This document shows, one piece after another, positions 1 through 6,479 of a DNA stretch of 43,072 nt (the stretch's first letter is position 1; each line of letters opens with the position of its first letter). The position numbers and the translations under genes are program-made. The notes beneath the pieces are model-generated. The model searched no databases. It saw nothing but the letters and a program-made list of their open reading frames with translations, and was not told where the DNA came from. The stretch is from Minisyncoccota bacterium (GTDB lineage Bacteria > Patescibacteriota > Minisyncoccia > Phycocordibacterales > UBA5272), in NCBI GenBank assembly GCA_043784805.1, contig JAYVXX010000094.1, forward strand, positions 1 to 43,072, in the 5' to 3' direction.

Positions 1-98
1 ATGAGCGTATGCCGCAGGGATAACAACATCTTCAGTACTACCTTCCTGTGATGATTGTACGCATTTACTGAATAGATATTCCATCCAGCCAGACCATT
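1..98. repeat. Terminal overlap identical to 42975..43072; the contig closes into a 42,974-bp circle
   Basis: Bases 1-98 match bases 42975-43072 with no mismatch. The repeat lies inside a minus-strand ORF, not in non-coding DNA. Confidence 0.95.
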
Positions 99-201
99 GC
101 TCATGTTGTAGATTAGCGAGTCGTTCCCGCATTGTAGGGGTGGTCATCCCTGTCGGACGTTTTTTCTCAGAATCACGCTCTACTAGGTCTGCTATGTTCA
201 T
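1..201 (-). CDS. N-terminal part of a junction-spanning hypothetical early protein (same gene as 42648..43072; 175 aa once the circle is closed)
   Basis: The frame of ORF 42648..43058 stays open upstream across the junction to the ATG at 201..199 (MNIADLVERDSEKKRPTGMTTPTMRERLANLQHEQWSGW then MEYLFSK...). That ATG lies 2 nt after the TAA (206..204) of the upstream gene. Confidence 0.6.
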   Translation of the reverse strand, partial: MNIADLVERDSEKKRPTGMTTPTMRERLANLQHEQWSGWMEYLFSKCVQSSQEGSTEDVVIPAAYAH

Positions 202-203
202 AC

Positions 204-1022
204 TTAGTTGTTAGGGTCTAGAGACTCCAAGAGCCCGATAAGAACATCTGCGTACTTTTGATATGCTGCTGACCGTGCTGACCGTGCTGCTGACCATGCT
301 GCTGACTCTGCTGACCATGCTGCTGACCGTGCTGACTCTGCTGACCGTGCTGCTGACCGTGCTGACCGTGCTGCTGACCGTGCTGCTGACTCTGCTGACC
401 GTGCTGCTGACCGTGCTGCTGACCGTGCTGACTCTGCTGACCATGCTGCTGACCGTGCTGACTCTGCTGACCATGCTGCTGACTCTGCTGACCATGCTGC
501 TGACCGTGCTGCTGACCGTGCTGCTGACCGCTTCGCTTCCGAAGAAGTTGGCTTGAGTGCCTTAACCAGTTTAATAGCATCAATCACCTGCTTTTTCAGG
601 TCATCACTAATCTCGAGTTTTTCTACCCGTTCAATGTTCTCCTGCATGAGAATGGCAGTGAACTTGTACTTCACAACCTCTAGCTGTTTTTCTGTCACTC
701 CAACGGGGATAGCCTTAATAAATCGTTCAGGCCATTTCTGAGCATCCTTGGTTGGCAAGCCTTCAAAAATAGTATCTTCAATACGAGCTAGCCACTCAGG
801 GATACCTAGAGCGGTTTCGTACCTGTAGTGGTCGCCGTAGTGAGTCTTTAGCTCTTTCCCCTCAATGATGTCTATCGAGCGAACAGCGCAAGCCACTGCG
901 CAGCCTTTCCACTTACCATTTTCTTCACCGTAAGTACCCTGTACCAGTTGGTCGGCTTTCTGGTGCTTAACGATTTCTTTTAAGAACCGTTCTTTTGTAA
1001 TTGTTCCGCTAAATGTGTTCAT
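204..1022 (-). CDS. Hypothetical protein: N-terminal domain of about 165 aa plus a C-terminal Ser/Ala tandem-repeat tail
   Basis: 272-aa ORF. Its stop lies 2 nt before the next gene's ATG. The C-terminus is (SAAR/SAAW/SAE/SAR) repeated about 25 times. Confidence 0.7.
   Translation of the reverse strand: MNTFSGTITKERFLKEIVKHQKADQLVQGTYGEENGKWKGCAVACAVRSIDIIEGKELKTHYGDHYRYETALGIPEWLARIEDTIFEGLPTKDAQKWPERFIKAIPVGVTEKQLEVVKYKFTAILMQENIERVEKLEISDDLKKQVIDAIKLVKALKPTSSEAKRSAARSAARSAAWSAESAAWSAESARSAAWSAESARSAARSAARSAESAARSAARSARSAARSAESARSAAWSAESAAWSAARSARSAAYQKYADVLIGLLESLDPNN
263..530. repeat. Frame-preserving tandem repeat made of 9- and 12-nt units (minus strand TCAGCA[GCA] followed by CGG, TGG or GAG)
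   Basis: About 25 consecutive units, all multiples of 3 nt. Four of the six frames are stop-free across it, which accounts for ORFs 211..495, 218..583 and 263..556. Confidence 0.9.
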
Positions 1023-1334
1023 ATATTCCTCTTGTTATAAATCACCGTGGTTTTTGTACATCATAGTCCCAGAATCCTTGAAGTATTCATACACAGGGTT
1101 CAGCAAGTAAGCATTCGCAACTTACAGAGGCTTTACCACCGAGAGACCAGTATTAGCTATAGCCACTGCTCCGAGTATCCTTTTGCTGGACTCTATGTAT
1201 GAGTTGTTAATCTGGGATAGAAGGGAGGTTCACAAGCAGGCTTTCACCTTCCGCTCCCTCCGTCCCAGTTCCAGCCCTCGACCAGAGACACTCTGATCCT
1301 TACCTGGCATATCCCTTTCAGGAAGGGGTGATTT

Positions 1335-1634
1335 TCAAGACCACTCACTTATTAATCTTTCAGCCTCGTTATGATTTTTGATCGCCTTTGATCTATTACA
1401 GTTCTGACAAGAAAGCACTAGATTATTAGGGGTATGTAATCCTCCAGATCTCTCGGGGATAATATGATCTAGTTCATATGGCTTACCATTTTCATCAAGA
1501 AACTTTGGAATCTTGAAACGGTCTAGGCGAATAGAAGTCGCTCTCTTGTTACAATGTTGGCAAACGCCTTTATCCCTGACTGAAACTTCTCTACGAACTG
1601 GGTTAGGTATCCAAGACTTTTTCATGGTATGCAT
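1335..1634 (-). CDS. HNH endonuclease
   Basis: CQHC...ELDHIIPERSGGLHTPNNLVLSCQNCNRSK gives Cys pairs plus an H-N-N/H core. About 99 aa, flanked by 312-nt and 220-nt non-coding gaps. Confidence 0.85.
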   Translation of the reverse strand: MHTMKKSWIPNPVRREVSVRDKGVCQHCNKRATSIRLDRFKIPKFLDENGKPYELDHIIPERSGGLHTPNNLVLSCQNCNRSKAIKNHNEAERLISEWS

Positions 1635-1649
1635 TACTTATATACATAT

Positions 1650-1678
1650 ATCATACCATTAGTCTTACCTATTGTCAA
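1650..1678 (-). promoter_or_regulatory. Sigma70-like promoter (TTGACA, 17 nt, TATGAT) directly upstream of the HNH gene
   Basis: On the minus strand, TTGACA is at 1678..1673 and TATGAT at 1655..1650, with exactly 17 nt between them. The -10 box ends about 15 nt before the ATG at 1634, so the leader would be very short. Confidence 0.5.
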
Positions 1679-1854
1679 TACTAGTTATAGTTAGTTTAGT
1701 ACTGTTTAGTATAGTTTTGTGATGGCGACCAGCACTCCCTTAGATATGAATGGATGTTTATGCTCGGGTACATTTCGGTATCCCTACCTGCCTTATTAGT
1801 CGGCAGCATCCTTCAGTCGTGGGACTTAGCGTTATATCTGGTTACCATCTCACC

Positions 1855-1986
1855 TTAGCTCTGTAGTGGCAAGAAACTTGCTGCAAGTGAGGCAAGCCCC
1901 CAAGCGATAAGGTTAGGAGTAATGGCTACTCCAAGTCCTGCAAGAATGAACAGAACGATTGCGATGATTAGAAATGCAAGTTTCAT
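1855..1986 (-). CDS. Small membrane peptide (43 aa)
   Basis: MKLAFLIIAIVLFILAGLGVAITPNLIAWGLASLAASFLPLQS. AGGAG lies 4 nt upstream of the ATG. Below the length cut-off of the ORF track. Confidence 0.5.
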   Translation of the reverse strand: MKLAFLIIAIVLFILAGLGVAITPNLIAWGLASLAASFLPLQS

Positions 1987-2190
1987 AGTTCTCCTGGTTA
2001 GTTATGTGGTTACTTAAAAAAATATTCTGACAGGCTCTAACACCCCGAGCAACCAGGAGTATTAGAGCGTGTCAAAGTACTTTTAGCCAAGCCGCCGAGT
2101 GTTGCTCTGTAGTTGCCCGGGACACGTACACCCCAGATAGTCAGTCATGTTCTCGAACGGCTCAGCAGTCAACAGTTTAGTGATACCCCT

Positions 2191-2388
2191 CTATTTCTGC
2201 TCAGAAGCCATCAAATAGAACTCTAGTCCATATTCACTCCCATACTCCTGCCCTATCTCTATCGCCTGACGTAGGGGTACTAGGGAGTCAGACAGAGAGT
2301 CTCCATCCCCATGGTCGACATCGACTGAAACCACCCGAAATAATTCAGGTTCGATTTCTTCAATGAAAATGAAATTGTTGGCACTCAT
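2191..2388 (-). CDS. Hypothetical acidic protein (65 aa)
   Basis: ORF in the operon. The upstream micro-ORF's stop (2392..2390) lies 1 nt before its ATG. Confidence 0.55.
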   Translation of the reverse strand: MSANNFIFIEEIEPELFRVVSVDVDHGDGDSLSDSLVPLRQAIEIGQEYGSEYGLEFYLMASEQK

Positions 2389-2389
2389 A

Positions 2390-2548
2390 CTACACCTGAG
2401 CTAGCCAGGCACTAATAAAGCCGATAATAATCCCCCCAGAAAATGCAATCATTAGGAGGTAGGTCAGCGCTAGATTGTGGCGCTTAGCCAGGTACATACA
2501 GTATAGACTCCAACAAAAGAGGACGAGCAGATAGGAAAGTAGGATCAT
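2390..2548 (-). CDS. Small membrane protein (52 aa, two hydrophobic segments)
   Basis: MILLSYLLVLFCWSLYCMYLAKRHNLALTYLLMIAFSGGIIIGFISAWLAQV. Tightly spaced between its neighbouring ORFs. Confidence 0.45.
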   Translation of the reverse strand: MILLSYLLVLFCWSLYCMYLAKRHNLALTYLLMIAFSGGIIIGFISAWLAQV

Positions 2549-2549
2549 T

Positions 2550-2723
2550 TCACGGTGCAATTACTTCTAAAAATGTAATACCAAGTACCTCGCCATGGTG
2601 CATGTCTTTGGAGGTTATTGTCAACTTATTAGTGAGCTCGCGGAAGGAATCCGCCCCCTCACAGTCCACCAAATAGCGTAGATCATTGCCATATATCTGC
2701 TTACGGTAGAATTGTAGGGTCAT
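2550..2723 (-). CDS. Hypothetical protein (57 aa)
   Basis: MTLQFYRKQIYGNDLRYLVDCEG... The ATG lies 2 nt after the TGA of the upstream gene. Confidence 0.4.
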   Translation of the reverse strand: MTLQFYRKQIYGNDLRYLVDCEGADSFRELTNKLTITSKDMHHGEVLGITFLEVIAP

Positions 2724-2725
2724 AG

Positions 2726-3178
2726 TCATTTATTAAATGTAATACTATCCGAGCTCATCAAATGATCGAAAAGATCAGCCTTTATCTTAAAAATAGGCTC
2801 AGCCTCCCGCTCAATAATTACAGGCTCAGCGTCCACGGCTATGGTATTCTCAAAGTCATGTACAGTATGTGGCTTTGTAAGATCAATTTTCCGGTCCATG
2901 AAAAGCTCAACAATTCTAAACCAATTATCCAAGTTAATACCAAAGTAGTCCAGCTCCGGATAGTTAATAGAAATAAGCCCATTCAGGTTCACGCTAATGC
3001 CCGCATATTCAATACTGGCGTATGGATACACGGAGTCAATCCCCTCCGATGACAGGTAAAAAGTAACGCCATTGATCTTATAGTAACAAAGGATTCCATC
3101 GCCCCCATTTTCTATCTCTATCTGCTGCGCTTTTTCAATAAGCGCACGCACCCGCGCCTCGTTTTTTGTTTGGATCAT
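2726..3178 (-). CDS. Hypothetical protein (150 aa)
   Basis: ORF with a 4-nt overlap with the upstream gene. No motif recognised. Confidence 0.65.
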   Translation of the reverse strand: MIQTKNEARVRALIEKAQQIEIENGGDGILCYYKINGVTFYLSSEGIDSVYPYASIEYAGISVNLNGLISINYPELDYFGINLDNWFRIVELFMDRKIDLTKPHTVHDFENTIAVDAEPVIIEREAEPIFKIKADLFDHLMSSDSITFNK

Positions 3179-3429
3179 AGTACCTCTGCTAAATAATTAG
3201 TTACAAGTGCAAAACCCCCGCCCGAATATACCGGGCGGGAAAGTTCAGCTAGTAATTTACTCTGGTTTACATAGTCGAACATGTTCACCATGACGTAATA
3301 ATCGACAGGGCTGAGCCTATCAATGACCGCTCTTTTCTCGTCTACGTACCCATATTGATTATCGTATCTTCCCCAGATAACAAGAGAAGCAGATTTAAGC
3401 TCATCAAATGATCGTGATATCTCTGTCAT
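3175..3429 (-). CDS. Hypothetical protein (84 aa from the ATG at 3429)
   Basis: The ORF-track start at 3438 is a GTG. The ATG at 3429 forms an ATGA overlap with the stop of the upstream micro-ORF. Confidence 0.6.
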   Translation of the reverse strand: MTEISRSFDELKSASLVIWGRYDNQYGYVDEKRAVIDRLSPVDYYVMVNMFDYVNQSKLLAELSRPVYSGGGFALVTNYLAEVL

Positions 3430-3566
3430 AGGTCGCACTCAATCCATTTATGACCCTGAGCATCTGCCATTTTCTGACAGTCGTACCGTACATAGGCATG
3501 TGCAAATCCCATCAAGTAACCCACTATGAGTGCAATTAAGACAATGACAGTTTGTTTCTTATTCAT
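3426..3566 (-). CDS. Small membrane peptide (46 aa)
   Basis: MNKKQTVIVLIALIVGYLMGFAHAYVRYDCQKMADAQGHKWIECDL. GAGGA lies upstream, and there is an ATGA overlap with the downstream gene. Confidence 0.5.
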   Translation of the reverse strand: MNKKQTVIVLIALIVGYLMGFAHAYVRYDCQKMADAQGHKWIECDL

Positions 3567-3570
3567 ATAA

Positions 3571-3843
3571 TTATATATCCTCAGTTATCGATGGAGTGTC
3601 ATTTTGTTCGTTTCTGTATTCTATCTTTTCGGCTTCCTGTTCGTTTTCTGTTTCGTCATCAAGCACATTGTTTGCCCAGTAGTCCAGCGTGTCCCATTCA
3701 CCACTTGCGTCATACTCCGAAAACATGAGGTCTAGCGTCTTTCCTACCTGATATGGTTTCATTTCTGGGAAGTGAGACAAAACATCATCTGCTGTCCATA
3801 CTATTTCAATCCGTGTAGTTGGTGTGTTCATATAATTAGTCAT
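3571..3843 (-). CDS. Highly acidic hypothetical protein (90 aa)
   Basis: ORF with a D/E-rich C-terminal half (DDETENEQEAEKIEYRNEQND). Confidence 0.6.
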   Translation of the reverse strand: MTNYMNTPTTRIEIVWTADDVLSHFPEMKPYQVGKTLDLMFSEYDASGEWDTLDYWANNVLDDETENEQEAEKIEYRNEQNDTPSITEDI

Positions 3844-3979
3844 TGATTACAATTCTAGTCCAAACATCGCTAGTGTAGGCATTATTTTTGCACCATATAG
3901 CCACGTTGTAGCTGTTTGTAGTGTGGAAGGTATGCCATTCCCCGTATCCCGAGTATTTCTGTATGTAGTAGGTTTTCAT
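3836..3979 (-). CDS. Hypothetical small protein (47 aa)
   Basis: MKTYYIQKYSGYGEWHTFHTTNSYNVAIWCKNNAYTSDVWTRIVIND. Its stop overlaps the start of the downstream gene. No clear SD. Confidence 0.3.
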   Translation of the reverse strand: MKTYYIQKYSGYGEWHTFHTTNSYNVAIWCKNNAYTSDVWTRIVIND

Positions 3980-4049
3980 GTTAGTTATACCAGCGCTTGC
4001 CAGCGTGTACCCTGTTAATCATCTCTTTGATTATTGCCATGTGGGTATG

Positions 4050-4466
4050 TTATGCGTACAGACTAGCGCCACCAGCGGTCATCTTACGGTAGGTTGATAA
4101 AATCTTTGCCTTAGTAGCTCCCAAATGTTTAGTTACCTGTAGTGCGTCTTCTATATTCCCCTCATGGTTCATAATCTCGTATCTTATAGCCTCATCAAGT
4201 GCGCTCCTAGCGTCCTTAACCGCCTGTTTTTCGGTCTTGATAATTGCATCATACCCACTGTCAAAGGCTTCCCAGTTCTTGGTAGGCAAGTACCCACCTG
4301 CACCAATTGACGCCACTTTTTCGCCTTCAATCAAGAGACCACTAGCTAGAATCTTAGCTCTCCCCTCGGTGAACTGGTCATTACTAAATGCCCAGAATAA
4401 GCCTACTTTTTTAGCTAATTCTTCCATATCTTTTTCAGTCTGTCGCTTGATTTCTTGGTATGTCAT
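4050..4466 (-). CDS. Hypothetical protein (138 aa from the ATG at 4466)
   Basis: GAGGAGG lies 8 nt upstream of the ATG at 4466 (MTYQEIK...). The ORF-track start at 4484 has no SD. Confidence 0.65.
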   Translation of the reverse strand: MTYQEIKRQTEKDMEELAKKVGLFWAFSNDQFTEGRAKILASGLLIEGEKVASIGAGGYLPTKNWEAFDSGYDAIIKTEKQAVKDARSALDEAIRYEIMNHEGNIEDALQVTKHLGATKAKILSTYRKMTAGGASLYA

Positions 4467-4963
4467 GGTCTTAATCCTCCTCAATAATTAGTGCCATTAT
4501 TACTATCTCACCCACTGTATACGCCTGGCGTAGTTCAGGCATTGTTGCCCCTAAGTCCCCGCTACAGAGTAGCGAAATGTCCCGTTGTATTGGTCTCATG
4601 CTAGTTGCTTAGCTTATAAATTGCTCACTGACCAAGCCACTCAACAATGTAAGTGACTCAGGTCATTGGACAGTACAGACTCTAGGTAAATCAGGTATGG
4701 TTTTTACAGTTTCCTGCACCTCCACTATTGCGCCTGATATTTGTCTGCTGAGTTGTCAATGTGGGTGTACCGCTACCGTTTGAGTCTTGAGACTTTCGAC
4801 AGTGTTGGGCTGGTATACTTCGCGTTGAGCGGTTGGCGGGTAATGGTGCGCCGGTTGCTTCGTTTGGTATGCACAAACTATACCAGTGTACACCAGTGGA
4901 GTCAATGATTTTACTACTCATTAATGTATTATCTTACCGGTCATGATCTGGTTTCACCGGTAT

Positions 4964-5018
4964 TTTCGGTTGCTGTTCGGGCTTAGTATCGTAGGGTGAC
5001 TTTCGGTTGCTGTTCGGG
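4964..5018. promoter_or_regulatory. Two 18-nt direct repeats (TTTCGGTTGCTGTTCGGG) spaced 37 nt apart in the divergent control region
   Basis: Exact copies at 4964..4981 and 5001..5018, between the leftward early arm and the rightward gene at 5090. Confidence 0.6.
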
Positions 5019-5089
5019 GCACTATCTACTAGTGGTGTCATAAATATGTTACATTAGCACTGTACTATATTGGTAATCAAATACCGGCT

Positions 5090-5419
5090 ATGAGCTCAAA
5101 AATAGGACGCCCAGCGAATAAAGGTAGTTTTAAAAAAGGGAATCAAGTTACATTGGGAAGAGAAAAAAGCATGTCACTTTCTGCTATGGTCGAAAGTGCT
5201 TTAGATACTATTGTACCGACTACAGTGAAAGAGTGGGATGAGGTGAGGACATACCGTATGGCTATCGCGGAACGGTTACTAGTAACCGCCGTAGCTACTG
5301 AGAAGGCAGATACCGCACTCTCTTATATCAAGGAGATAATGGACCGAACCGAGGGAAAAGCTATGCAACGCAATCAAAATACCAATCTTAACGTAAACAT
5401 TGACGTTATTGCTGACTAG
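5090..5419 (+). CDS. Small basic DNA-binding protein; small terminase (TerS) candidate
   Basis: N-terminal GRPANKGSFKKGNQVTLGR (a GRPxxKG basic motif) and C-terminal ...ALSYIKEIMDRTEGKA, both common in small terminase / DUF5681-like proteins as far as I recall. First rightward gene, upstream of TerL. Confidence 0.4.
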   Translation: MSSKIGRPANKGSFKKGNQVTLGREKSMSLSAMVESALDTIVPTTVKEWDEVRTYRMAIAERLLVTAVATEKADTALSYIKEIMDRTEGKAMQRNQNTNLNVNIDVIAD

Positions 5420-5457
5420 TTCTTATTTGCCACTGTAGCGGGTCAAGATGGCGCTAT

Positions 5458-5498
5458 AGACTCTCAAAGCATGGTTTGTACCTTTGAGAGTCTTTTTT
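5458..5498 (+). terminator. Rho-independent terminator after the TerS-like gene
   Basis: AGACTCTCAAAG (5458..5469) pairs with CTTTGAGAGTCT (5482..5493), a 12-nt loop sits between them, and a T-run follows. Confidence 0.75.
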
Positions 5499-5534
5499 AT
5501 GCACTCTTTGTACGGTATCTGTTCGGTGATTATA

Positions 5535-5567
5535 GTTATCCACATGTTATCCACATGTTATCCATGG
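5535..5567 (+). promoter_or_regulatory. Three head-to-tail 11-bp repeats carrying DnaA-box consensus sequences
   Basis: TTATCCACA at 5536..5544 and 5547..5555 (both perfect) and TTATCCATG at 5558..5566. The period is 11 bp. Confidence 0.6.
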
Positions 5568-5935
5568 GCATCATATCAAACACTACTAGGGTAGCGGTCT
5601 ATGCGGTTCTACAGGTATAGTATCTAGTACTCACACCCCCCCCTAACCTGTTGACCCTTTTATAATGTCTTATATTACATATTCTAGGACATTATAGATC
5701 GCCTATATACCAGTGCTCACCAGTGTAGCGGGTGCATAGTACCCCTGTATGGTTACGTCTACCCTGCTACCTCTTACAGTTACCCTTACATACACCATAT
5801 ATATACCCATACTATAGGGTGCTTATGGGGTTATATATCGGGTTAGTATGAGACACCGACCCCCACCACTAGGAGGGGGTGAGCACACCATATACCGCTT
5901 GTGCCTGGTGCCGATCGAACGTAGTGAAAACATCC

Positions 5936-6113
5936 CTATCTTCACACTCTCTACCAAAAAATATCAAATATATTCTTACAACTATTATTACAACTATCTT
6001 CACACTCTCTCAATATATTCACAAAAAAATACCCAATATATTTTATGGGTTGGTATGGTCTAAAAAATATCTACCAAAAAAATGGACACAAAAATACACA
6101 GTTCCCTGTGTAT
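5936..6113. repeat. AT-rich block with several short direct repeats and a hairpin
   Basis: CTATCTTCACACTCTCT at 5936..5952 and 5994..6010. CTACCAAAAAA at 5951 and 6071. TTACAACTAT repeated in tandem near 5976-5996. Palindrome TACACAG-ttcc-CTGTGTA at 6095..6112. Confidence 0.7.
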
Positions 6114-6130
6114 TAAATGTTCGGTCTTTG

Positions 6131-6214
6131 TTTGGTAATTAAATTACCAATAGTTTTGTTTGGTAATTAAATTACCAATAGTTTTGTTTGGTAATTAAAT
6201 TACCAATAGTTTTG
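6131..6214. repeat. 3 x 28-bp perfect tandem repeat, each copy containing the 19-bp palindrome TTGGTAATTAAATTACCAA
   Basis: Copies start at 6131, 6159 and 6187. Each has a 9-bp inverted repeat around a central A. There is no spacer structure, so this is not a CRISPR array. Confidence 0.9.
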
Positions 6215-6479
6215 TTCGCCTACCGACTTAGCGAACCTTGAATTAAACTATACATTCCTTCTGCTAGTGAAGCGAGATTGATTCTATGGGTCGATGAGCA
6301 TTTCCATGGACTAATAATACACTCATTACACTCCGAGCGACCAACCATTTTTTCGTAGCGAGAGCGGGAGAAAAAATGGATTGGTTTGGTCGCAAGGAGT
6401 GTTCGTTGTGTTAAAAGTCGCTCAGAAAAAAAGTCCATAGGTATGCCAAAAGATTCTTAGTTGAATCTTTTGTTGAGTA

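Noticed and set aside
1-98. The terminal repeat as a true physical direct terminal repeat
   Set aside because: It lies inside an ORF that is completed only by circular closure. This is more consistent with an assembler overlap on a circular or permuted genome. Read-level data are needed to be certain.
263-530. The repeat array as a diversity-generating retroelement target
   Set aside because: There is no reverse transcriptase and no template repeat elsewhere in the genome. The variation is unit-combinatorial, not adenine-specific.
211-583. ORFs 211..495 (-), 218..583 (-) and 263..556 (+), which overlap the repeat array
   Set aside because: They are open only because the 9/12-nt repeat has no stop codons in those frames. 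They encode monotonous VSS/QQHG/LLT strings and have no start context. The 272-aa frame is the only one continuous with a non-repetitive domain and operon coupling.
4471-4599. 42-aa ORF (MRPIQRDISLLCSGDLG...) upstream of gene 4050..4466
   Set aside because: It ends 4 nt before the next ATG, which is suggestive. However, it has no SD and no motif, and it sits at the probable leader of the early operon, so it is too weak to report as a feature.
4691-4921. 76-aa ORF on the minus strand in the divergent control region
   Set aside because: No SD upstream of its ATG and a non-protein-like composition (SGGAGNCKNHT, RSTRSIPAQHCRKSQ). It lies within the region that holds the regulatory repeats, so I treat it as non-coding.
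6131-6214. The tandem repeat as a CRISPR array
   Set aside because: The units abut directly with no unique spacers. There are only three copies and no cas genes.
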